Source of the DNA: Bigelowiella natans CCMP2755
Lineage: Eukaryota; Protista; Cercozoa
NCBI GenBank assembly: GCA_000320545.1
Contig: ADNK01001809.1
Location: 1-33,274, forward strand
DNA: 33,274 nucleotides
Direction of reading: 5' to 3'
Positions 1 through 9,633 of the stretch are shown here, in pieces. A program made the position numbers and the translations under genes. The notes under the pieces are model-generated. The model saw only the letters and a list, made by a program, of their open reading frames with translations, made no database searches and had not been told where the DNA came from. Numbering within the stretch: position 1 is the first letter of the stretch; each line of letters starts with the position of its first letter.

Positions 1-285
1 AGATCCAAATTCAGGAACTGATGACACAACTTGGGGACAGGCACAAACCGGCAAATGCTGGAAGGTTCGCTCCAAATAGTGACTTGTAGACTTCCCAATA
101 CACTATAGATCTTATATGTATCTTGTAGTGGAAGTGTTCCATGCATGTAATCTTCACAGCAGTAATATATATACATGATTCTTATTGAGTATTGCAGTTG
201 AATCGCTTGACATGGTCATATGTTTCGTCTTTGGAAGTTTTTCTTTCCCCCCCCCCCCCCCTCCCCCCCATTCCCCCATCCGCAG

Positions 286-1206
286 AGCTCCAAGAAGAAC
301 AAGAAAGCTGCTGCTGGGCCTTTGACAGCATCGACGCCTTCTTCTGACCTCGCGCAGAGCGATAAAAACGCATACCGGAGAGCCTTCGTTGAAACGGCCT
401 ACTCGATAGCGGCAGCGCTGAGCTTCTGCTTGGCGCTCTACCTTCTCAAGGGGCCCACCGCTGGCCTTGAGTTCCTCTCGGGGTACCTCGTGGAAGAGTC
501 GCTGTCGGTTGACAATCTCTTCGTCTTCCTGCTGCTCTTCGACTTCTTCCAGGTTCCGCTCGAGGCGCAAAAGCGCGTGCTGCAGTGGGGCTTCATCGGC
601 GCGCTTGCGAGCCGCGGGCTGTTCATCGGGCTCGGCTCCGTGGCCATCCAGCAGTTTAAGGCCGTTGACCTCCTCTTCGCCGGCATTCTGATCTTCTCGT
701 CGTTCAAGATCCTCGCGGAGGACGGGGGGGGGGGCGAGGAGGACCTCCGCGAGAACCCCGTGGTGAAGTTTGCCTCGCGGTGGATCGAGACGACGGAGGA
801 GTACGACGGCGCCAACTTCTTCTCGCAGCTCCCCGACGGCCGGAAGGTCGCCACGCCGCTCTTCCTCGCCCTGGTGTGCATCGAGATCTCCGACGTCATC
901 TTCGCGATCGACTCGGTGCCGGCCGTCTTCGGGGTCACCAAAGACCCCATCATCGTGTTCACGTCCAACATGTTCGCCATCCTGGGGCTGCGGAGCTTGT
1001 ACACGGTGCTTTCGGCGGCCGTGCAGGACCTCGAGTACCTCGAGCCGGCCGTCGCGCTCATCTTGGGCTTCGTCGGCGCCAAGCTCGGCGCGGAGTACTT
1101 CGGGTATGAGGTCGGAACGATCCCTTCGCTCTCGGTCATCCTGACGTTGCTGGGGGGGGGCATAGGTCTGTCTCTAGTGAAAAATGCTCAGGAGGAGAGC
1201 ACGTAG
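286..1206 (+). CDS. terC: TerC/Alx-family integral membrane protein, long terminal exon (N-terminus lies in upstream exon(s), candidate <1..64)
   Basis: Family motifs EFLSGYLVEESLSVDNLFVF, QKRVLQWG, ATPLFLALVCIEISDVIFAIDSVPAVFGVTKDPIIVFTSNMFAILGLRSLY and several hydrophobic helices. The ORF-track start at 220 runs through a poly-C tract ending in CCGCAG (285), which looks like a splice acceptor. An in-phase donor AAG|GTTCGC sits at 64/65. Confidence 0.93.
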   Translation, partial: SSKKNKKAAAGPLTASTPSSDLAQSDKNAYRRAFVETAYSIAAALSFCLALYLLKGPTAGLEFLSGYLVEESLSVDNLFVFLLLFDFFQVPLEAQKRVLQWGFIGALASRGLFIGLGSVAIQQFKAVDLLFAGILIFSSFKILAEDGGGGEEDLRENPVVKFASRWIETTEEYDGANFFSQLPDGRKVATPLFLALVCIEISDVIFAIDSVPAVFGVTKDPIIVFTSNMFAILGLRSLYTVLSAAVQDLEYLEPAVALILGFVGAKLGAEYFGYEVGTIPSLSVILTLLGGGIGLSLVKNAQEEST

Positions 1207-1629
1207 TCAGTCGCCGATGGATTGATGCAAAAGATAGAGAGAGAGGGAGCGAGGGGGAGAGAGACAGGATGAAGAAAGCTCACGGCGCTGATTAATGTTG
1301 GCCCCAAGGACGCTGCGACGGTGAGAAGCCAAAGTGATTCGATCTTGGTAATGACGATGATAGCGTGTCATCTATGTTTGGACGTATTTCTCTTTTGCCC
1401 TACGAGTAAGACTTGCTAATCGTCATCATCATCATCATGATCATCATCGTCGTCGTCGTCATCTTTGTCCTACCACAAACTATCCCAATTCCCTCGTCTT
1501 CGATCGAGATATTAATGGCGGTTTGCGCTAGTTCCGAAGCATCTGCTATTGCTGCTGCTGCCGCTGCTGTGCAACATGATGCTATATAATTCAAATTGTG
1601 GAAGCAGAGAAAATAAAAAAACACATTTA

Positions 1630-2500
1630 TCAACTACCCCATGCTAGCTAGCATGGTCGCATTGCGCGTGCAGCAACAGTTGTTGTTCAGAAATCCAACA
1701 CTCTCGTCGTTGTCATCTAGACAGCCGACTTAAACCGACTAGCGATGATCTGAATCGAAAAGCAGGAGCAAGCTAGCTAGCTAGGATGGTCTAGTGGTGC
1801 ATGCTAGCATGCTGCTTGCATGTGCGACAAAAAGCTAGAAAGGCCACATTGCTAGATTGCGCTTGTTGAATCGCTGTCCAGGCAATCTAGTCATGCCATC
1901 TGCCATCCATCTCCGCAGGTGTACATGCAATCATTTACGCTATATCTAGCTATCTAGCCATGCTAGCATGCTAGTTGTCATCCACATACCCGCCATGTCT
2001 AGACATCAGTGCACATAGCCGGTGCACCGCTTGACTTGCATGACTAGTAGTTGGCTACTCGATTCAATGACAACCCTGATGCATAAAACGTTAATGTAGT
2101 AATGACAACATTCGCTCAAGTGATGTGCATTCTCGATCGTTGGTCATACTAGCATGCATACTAGCATGCTCTAGATGCTGCCATGAACGAATTTAGAAAC
2201 ACAATGTGTTCAAAACTGAAGTCACGCAATGATCGATAAATCATATCGAGGCATATCACCCACATATACATCTAGCATATGCTAGCATGCATGCACTAGT
2301 GCATACGATACCTACAATCTATACGAGCGTCTAGATTTACGTAGCAGATGCAAGCGCGTGCGCAATATAAAGACATGCAGCTCTTGCATGTTTCAAAATG
2401 TGGATAAATCACTTGCTGACGCATCCACAGAGACACGTATATACACGTAAACAGCTGAGTGTCAAATCTACATATGATACAGTGTACTTGAACGTATGTC
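1630..2500. repeat. CTAG/CATG palindrome-rich non-coding tract 1 (TerC -> <- BIN4-like junction)
   Basis: About two dozen CTAG by eye in 1640-2345, versus about 3 expected at uniform composition. Palindromes CATGCTAGCTAGCATG 1640-1655, GCATGCTAGCATGC 1799-1812 and CATGCTAGCATG 1959-1970. Confidence 0.85.
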
Positions 2501-2659
2501 ATCAAAAAATGGGCGATGACGAAACCATGTATTTTGGCGGAACCCCGTAGTTTAAAGAACAATTTCGAGCTACGATATCACCATTGACTCTTGCCTGACC
2601 AAACCTCTTAAAAAACGGCCTTATTATCGGACAAGCTAGTGAGAGCCCACTGCATCGTT

Positions 2660-4222
2660 TTACTTCTTCTTTCTGGAGGTGGATGCTTTCTTCTTCCCAA
2701 ATATTCTCCCACCGGCAGCCGCCTTCTTCTTCTTGTCCTTCTTATCCTTCCGCTTTTGCTTCTTCTTCTCCGCCTCCTCCTTCCTCCACTCGACGTTCAC
2801 GTCATAGTCCACGTCGTCCTCGTCGCGGCCCGGCGCAGCTCCCATTGCTTGTTCAACGCCATCGAAGATGCTGTGCGTGTGGTCGAGTAGGACAACGGAG
2901 TCGCAGATCGACTCTATCCGTGCTTCTTCGGAGCCGTAACTGACAATGGCGCATGTTCCCAAGGTCTTAAAGACCTTGGCCTTGTAGGAATGGCCTTTCA
3001 GATCTACAACGATGCCTCTTTTCCGTGAGGCTTTGAGGCGTCCAACAGCCCCGACCTCGCCACCCAACTGCAGCTTATCGTCATCCTGAAGCTGGAGAAG
3101 GAGCGTGCTTTGTTGCGTCTTCGGGAGCAATAAGGGCATTGATTCTAGTGATTCTGCTTTCTTCTTGCTATTTGCTGCTTTTGATACGACAGTTGATGAC
3201 GACGAGGAGGCAGCCTTCATGGGAGGAGCTTCCTCCTCCTTTTTAGCGTTGGCGCGGAGAGAAGTGGAAGATTTATCTGTGTCTAGTCCTTCGCCATCTT
3301 GCGCGAGATCAATAACGGCCGGATACTCCTCGACTTTTGGCAGCCGCCTTCGTTTTCTCGAGGAGGTCGGAGGAGAAGGGGCCGAGGCCCGCGAAGATTT
3401 CTTCTTGCTTTCTCTCTTCTCGACTTTTGGCGTTTTCTTCGCATCCTGGTTTTTTGCCGTGTTTCTATTCGAGTGGCTCCTCCTTGCTTTCGAGGCCTTA
3501 CGTCCGCGAAGGTTTTCGAGAATATAGTCGCTATCGGCCTCCTCTTCCTCTCCCTCCCCCTCCTCCTCCTCCTCCTCCTCTTCCTCTGAGATACGAAACT
3601 CAGACTCGTCGCTAGGCTCGTCTTCTACGACTTCCTCTTCTTCCTCCTCCTCTTCTTCTTCCTCCATGCAACTGGCTGCGTTGTTTTCTTTGTCCTCATC
3701 TTCGTTGCTGCTTGTCGCCTGGGTTTAAATGTGCACGTTAAGCTACTATTCGGCTACTAAGTTAGGATAGATGAAATAGGATTTGGGACATCAACGTCCA
3801 TCCTCTCTCCTCATTACAGTGCGGATTTTATTAGAACCTTAGTTTCCTTGTCATTGTAAGGATCCACTGTGAAGTCGAAGTCAAAATCGTTTGAGACTTT
3901 TATTGATGAGAGGCGCTTCTTCAGCTTCTTTGGACTTCTTCGTATGCGCCGGGTGCCGGGAGAGGTGCTATTCGATTTCGAAACTCCTCCATCCTAATTT
4001 AGACTTGTTACTGGTGGTGCTAAACTCCATTCGAAACTCAATGAAGAGGGGGGGGCTACATCGTGTCAATAATTTATTTTCAAACCCCTTTAAACATACT
4101 CCAGGAAAAATTATCCCAGCTCTATCTACCCTCATAGCGCTGTGACGTTTGGTACCGAACTATTATAGATTTCAAACCTTGGCCTTGAAGAAGGAGCGGA
4201 TGCCGGAGCGGTTGGGCGCCAT
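2660..4222 (-). CDS. BIN4: BIN4/MIDGET-like DNA topoisomerase VI accessory subunit; 3 exons 4222-4178, 3993-3838, 3718-2660 (~419 aa)
   Basis: The C-terminal domain MPLLLPK...LQLGGEVGAVGRL...VVDLKGHSYKA...GTCAIVSYGSEEARIESICDSVVLL resembles my recollection of the plant BIN4 conserved domain (LPLVL...DLSGDMGAVGR...LDLKGTIYK...TFCVV..G..EAKIEAI..DFIQL). It follows a disordered acidic/basic region. Both introns are GT-AG and phase 0, and they join the exons in frame. Confidence 0.8.
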
Positions 4223-4709
4223 TCTCCAAAGGGTTTCCCGCGCGGATCGAATCTTCTACACCGGAACCTAAAAAGTGTTCATCGGAATCCAAACTATGCA
4301 TGTTTATTCGAGATTTTAGGGATATTTACGAATCTCCACGAATATCTAGGATTGGCGTCGGATAGATATCGTAGAAAATAGTGCCTGAGCTCGATGGTAT
4401 ACTACAGCGGTCACTGTTCAGATAAGATAGGCAGCGTTCTTATCTCAATTGAATAATATTACGGATATACGACAACAAAATTGTGATGTCGTCATTTGTT
4501 TTTATCTTTCAACTACTGGTTCTGCCGATAAATATAAGGCATCTAAATTCTGAAAAAAATGGAGGAAGGCTCGATGGGTTCGCTCGCTTCGTCATCTCTT
4601 TAGTTTGCCCGCCTCTCTTGCCAACCCCTATCTACCAAATATGCCCTGCGCACGTCCAAACTTGATGTTGAATAGATAGAAACCTTTACTGTTATTTTGC
4701 TATTGAAAA

Positions 4710-5899
4710 ATGAACTGTACCTATCCTCCAACCCTCTCCGAAGTTAAAATGCGACGCTGCTCCTTCTGCTGCACACTCTCTCTAACCTTTTTCCTCGGTA
4801 CCTGTAGATGGATTGGGGGTACAGGACGCCCTAGCACTTGCTGTGTGCTTTGGTGCCGTCGTTGGAGCAGGTTTGTAAAACATCAAAACGCAAAACGGTC
4901 GTCAAGATTAATGGTGCGGCCTCATGTGTGTTGCCAGGACTTTGCTGGATGAAGCGAGCACAGCCACAACCCGAGGCTCAGAGAATGCAGGCACTAGATA
5001 CGCGTTCGAGAAATAAGGCTTCGTCTTCGGCCGGTGAATTTAAAACAGGTATTGTATGAAACGGGCCAAGCGTAGTCTATAGAGAGCTGCAGGGTCTCAG
5101 CCTAAAGGATTGTTTTTCCGACCATGTTTCTGTCTCATTACATCTTCATTTCAAGGCTTTATTGCGTGTATATCCCATCCTAATTTCCCCCTTTGCCTCC
5201 CCGCCTTGCCCATTTCTTCCTGCCAACATAATCGCACCGTTTATACGTTTTCCAACTCCGTGACTATTTCCGTTATGGCTCCTCAGATTTAGGCCTTGAA
5301 GACTTAGAAAACGCACTTCAGGAGGCAGAGCAATCAATGCTGAGCAGCAACAGCAATTCCTCCATGTACGTCGTAGTGGATGGAGTTGTATAGACACGTT
5401 GGATATAGACACAGAAAGCCTGATGATGATAGGTTGTGATTGAGTGATGTATGTGAGAGGTACAACTGCCCATCAGCAGGGCCAGCTGACAAATCTAAAA
5501 TGGTTTTTCTATGATGATCAGGACAACGAGGTCAAAAACCTCGTCCACCCAGGAAATAAATGCAGATGAGGTGCAAAAGCTCGTTCTCCTCTCCCCACAC
5601 ACGCGTGTCTGTAAATAAAGTTATAATGTGAATTAATGAATCTTTGAAGTAAATTACACGAATTTCTCTCACCCCTTTTCTCCCAATAGCCCCTTCTCCC
5701 CCATCAAGTGAGAAGAAGTTGTACTTCTGCTTTCTACCTCACGACAAATAGCAGTTTGTAGTGCGTGAGTCTTGATTTGACTTCCCAGGATCCGAATCTT
5801 GAGAGCCTGGATGCGGCTCTAAAGCAGGTCGAAGACGCGGAGAAAGCTCTCGTAAGTGCCACATTGGCGACGGTGTTCAATATATCTGGGATTGATATT

Positions 5900-5948
<49 letters not shown>

Positions 5949-6067
5949 CTCTCTTTAGTTATCTCCCGCTCTACTCTATCTAACGTGTATGAGAATATTC
6001 GAATTGCTTGTATGTTGATGAGTGCAGTGTAATAATATGTATATATAAGATTTGAGTAAATAAATAA

Positions 6068-6151
<84 letters not shown>

Positions 6152-6239
6152 CGAGAGGAATCATATTTCCGTCGACAACTAATTAAAATATCTTTTCGGT
6201 ACTGGAATTGTGAATCCCTAGGCTAACAAGAAGAGATAA
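4710..6239 (+). CDS. Small multi-exon hypothetical protein (model incomplete)
   Basis: Exon-like segments with splice sites: ...ASSSAGEFKT ending near 5048; ag|GLEDLENALQEAEQSML from ~5293; cag|DPNLESLDAALKQVEDAEKAL|GTAAGT (5789-5851); ctag|ANKKR* (6222-6239). The start codon and internal exons are uncertain. Confidence 0.45.
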
Positions 6240-6339
6240 CGTAATCATTCGCCAAGCAACAGAACGAAGGCGTGCAGTGAGCCTTCTTTCTATAGTGCAG
6301 TTCCGTTGCATTCTTGATAGCTTCACGTTCATCCTTGAA

Positions 6340-7130
6340 TCGCATGCTAATATCCAGCTAACGAACGCTGCTAATTGATGCGTCGCACGTCATACCGCGG
6401 CGACTAGTTTCGTACAAACGTTGTCTATGTCTGTAGATGAAATATACCTCTATGTTAAGATGTAGTGCGCGTGCTCCGTGCCGGACGCGGGGGCCGTGTC
6501 GTGCGACGACGACTGCGGAGTGATTCTAGGAACAAAAGCTAAGCAATCAAGCTATATATATGATGATGCGTTGCGCGCGCCTAGGCGAGCGATGAAAATC
6601 ACGTAGTGCATGCGACGCTGCTGCGTAGCTGCATGTACGATGCATATCTAGATATGTCGGCCAACGCCTCCGCCTGCTAAGCCATATTGCTAATATCTCT
6701 TGATCACGCAATGATGCAATGGTAAGTCTAGCAGTACTCTTGCCGTCGTATAGCAGCCAATCAGTAACCCAACAGACGTGCTAGCGTGCGAAGGCGCAGC
6801 TAGCTAGCATAATAGACACAGCAATACAATATATATATTATATATAGATATTAGCTAGTGTCTTCGATCAAATCACAACTTGTCTAGCTACCTAGCTAGT
6901 CGTATTGTTACCGATGATGCTAACTAATAACGATGACTACAGGATATAGCGCATCGCCAACAAATGTGAATCAACAATACTAGTATTGGTGCGACACAAC
7001 GGTACTAGATACAACAACCTAGCAACACAAGTCTTATAGGATAGGATATGCATGCATGTCACATGCTTAGCACCTCCAGACTTACTGCGAGCAGAGCAGC
7101 AAATGTGATATCATCCAAGTAAATGCCTCA
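6340..7130. repeat. CTAG/CATG palindrome-rich non-coding tract 2 (convergent junction)
   Basis: About 15 CTAG by eye (e.g. AGCTAGCTAGCAT ~6798, CTAGCTACCTAGCTAG ~6884), many TGCA/CATG, and no ORF in the track. Confidence 0.8.
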
Positions 7131-7245
7131 TCACCTCTGCTCGAATAATAGATTATAACCCATCATTAAGAGATACGTATTGATCCGTCGGCTGCAGGAT
7201 GTGGTGGCTTCCTGCTCATTGACGATATCCAAAGCATAGCTGATG

Positions 7246-8922
7246 CTATCGCCGCCGATCTCCATGTCTTGAAGTAGCAGAGGATGCTGAAGCCTTGCGC
7301 TGCGCTTGATCCTCTCTCTCCGCCAGCAACCGCTTGATAGCCTCTGGGTTTGGCAAAGCTTGCTCTAGGATCTCCACCAATCTCGGACCGTACACGCCGA
7401 AGATTGAATCGCCAGTGGCGGGGATTTTCCCTGCCTTTTCGTCCTCCTCGGCCCTTGCGTTCTCCTCCTCCGACATCTGCCTCAGCTCGGGCTCGAAAAT
7501 CGCGTCGACTTCGCTGTAGACCGTCTCCATAAGACGCACCGTGCTCTCGTCCTTTGCCTTGTTTTTCCTCTTCCGCTTCCGCAGCAGCAGCGCGTTCTGA
7601 CGGCGCGACAGCTTGTCCCCCGCTTCGCCTGGAATGAAGGGGTCTTGGAAGTCTAAAATCAGCTCTGGGCGCAGGTGGAGTGTGGAGACGGTTGCAAGGG
7701 CCGCCATAACGAGCCGCTGGCTGCTGGCGAAGTAGTCGTTCTTGATCAGAATGGCCTCGATCTGCCCGTCTTTGAGGAGAGCGTAGGGCGCCCAACTCGT
7801 CTCAGCTTTACTAAAGAGCAGCCAGTCGATCGGAACGAACTGGTGCGGAGGCGACTCGCACCCTCGTCTGGCCTGCACGCGCAGGATGAGCGTGCGCAGC
7901 TGCGGCACCGATACGTTCCGGAGACGATTCAGAGACCATCGAGACGATGGCAACGACGGTGAGGACGAGAAATTAAGCGTCTTTTGGAAGATCTCTAGCG
8001 TCGTTTCATTCATAATCAGCGAGGGGGGCTTCTCCCTCTGCAGCTCCTGGCCAGACGATACCGACGACGAATATGATACCCACGGATACAATAATCCACC
8101 TGGGGCTGACAATGAGTCATTGCTCCCTGATAACGAAGCGAGCAGGGACAGTGGCAACGAGGAGAACAGTTCCTTTCTGCTTTGCGCCCTCTCTCCCGGC
8201 GATAGTTTTGCCTCAAACTCGCGCGGCACCAGCCCAAAAAACCGCCCCCCCCGCCACAATTCTCCAGGGTTGATCGTATCTAGCTTCTTTGTCAGGGACA
8301 GCACGTAAACGCACGGTGCTGCCTCAGCGATGGAGGGCTGAAGAGGATTTTCCGGCTCTTTCATAACAGGACGGTTATCTGCGGGCGACAGCTCTAGAAT
8401 CGGTCTTATCAGGCGACAGAAACCGAACGTGCGACGCCTCAGACGAAGCAGGCCAGACTTGAGGGCTTCGAGCTGCGGGAGGGACTTCTTCCACTTGAGG
8501 AGGAGCTCTCTGCGAACGATCTTGCCCGACCGCGTGACGTTGCCGAAGAGGTTGAGCTCGATCTCTCGCAGCGCCTTGCGGTGCAGCCTCACGTGCGCGA
8601 GCGAAAACGCTGTGTAGGCGTCTCGGAGCTCGCCAAGGACCTTTCGCATCCGCGCGGACATCTTCTCGGCATCCTCGACGTCGAAGTCGCGCCAGGAATG
8701 AAGCTGGCGCGTGGCGGCCATTCTTCGTTCAAACAGCTCGCGCTCGTTGCTTGGTGGTCTGCCCGTTGGTTTGGAGTTGTGGGAGACCCCATAGTGCTTT
8801 CGCGAACTGTCTCCCAGCCCCCTACCTGCTGTGAGCCGTCCAGTTAACGCCGTTCCGAGAAGTGTTACGACAAAGACGACGAAGGCGCAGGGCCGTCGAT
8901 AGCGCCCCCCCCCTCGGATCAT
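7246..8922 (-). CDS. Intronless 558-aa hypothetical protein with N-terminal signal peptide/anchor
   Basis: Uninterrupted 1.68 kb ORF starting at ATG. A basic N-terminus is followed by hydrophobic AFVVFVVTLLGTAL, and the C-terminus is charged and helical. I recognise no domain. Confidence 0.75.
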   Translation of the reverse strand: MIRGGGRYRRPCAFVVFVVTLLGTALTGRLTAGRGLGDSSRKHYGVSHNSKPTGRPPSNERELFERRMAATRQLHSWRDFDVEDAEKMSARMRKVLGELRDAYTAFSLAHVRLHRKALREIELNLFGNVTRSGKIVRRELLLKWKKSLPQLEALKSGLLRLRRRTFGFCRLIRPILELSPADNRPVMKEPENPLQPSIAEAAPCVYVLSLTKKLDTINPGELWRGGRFFGLVPREFEAKLSPGERAQSRKELFSSLPLSLLASLSGSNDSLSAPGGLLYPWVSYSSSVSSGQELQREKPPSLIMNETTLEIFQKTLNFSSSPSLPSSRWSLNRLRNVSVPQLRTLILRVQARRGCESPPHQFVPIDWLLFSKAETSWAPYALLKDGQIEAILIKNDYFASSQRLVMAALATVSTLHLRPELILDFQDPFIPGEAGDKLSRRQNALLLRKRKRKNKAKDESTVRLMETVYSEVDAIFEPELRQMSEEENARAEEDEKAGKIPATGDSIFGVYGPRLVEILEQALPNPEAIKRLLAEREDQAQRKASASSATSRHGDRRR

Positions 8923-9633
8923 AGCGAGGAGGTTTTATGAAAGAAATTATAAAAACATCCGGTCGCAAGGCCATATGTAACGATGGTCATGGGATGTAGG
9001 GGCGGCTTGACCACATGCCGAGCGGGGGGAAGGGGGGTGGCAAGGCAGAGAGCAAGGACGGTCAACTGCTGCGCTAGTGGATAATTGCAGAAAAGGGATG
9101 TAATTCGTCTCTGCGACAAGGAATTTCCGTCTTAAAACTTTTAAAAACAAGAATTATGTTCGATTCGCATTTTCGATGGAAGAATTTAGAAGATGTTCGG
9201 AGAAAAAAAGGAACTAAATGCAGATGTTTCCTACAACAACTGGAAAACACCTCTGGAATGATCTAATGAAGATGTTAGATATATGTGGGTGTATTTATTT
9301 TCTTATCGGAAACATGTCTGGCAACAATTACGATAACGATCTAACGCTCTGCGGCCCTCCGCCAGCAATCGCCGTCCCTCCTCGCTTCTCATTAGAGGAT
9401 AGCAGTAAGAGCCAATTCGGTTGTTCAGCATTAAAACATCCTAACTTTACAGCCAGAGGACATCAACCGCATATACATGCGTGCGTGCAGGCAACATTGA
9501 AACGGAAACACACGTTAGATAATGATGAAACATCAAAAACCGCTGACCTGCATTACTGGAGCCTGAGCGCCATTCTCCTTAAGCGTTGGTCTTCACTACT
9601 TCCCTTCCCTTCCACTTAACGTTTCCTGCTACG

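Noticed and set aside
220-285. ORF-track N-terminus MFRLWKFFFPPPPP of TerC
   Set aside because: It translates a polypyrimidine tract ending in CAG and is better explained as the 3' end of an intron.
438-1163. 241-aa antisense ORF and alternative-frame ORFs over terC
   Set aside because: Shadow ORFs expected from GC-rich codon usage; no recognisable protein features.
1630-2500. CTAG tracts as a CRISPR array, MITE or Helitron ends
   Set aside because: There is no regular repeat-spacer period, no terminal inverted repeats or target-site duplications, and no visible alignable homology between tracts. CTAG is dispersed rather than terminal.
9218-9619. 133-aa ORF upstream of P2X
   Set aside because: AT-rich and featureless, lying in the divergent promoter/5' UTR gap.
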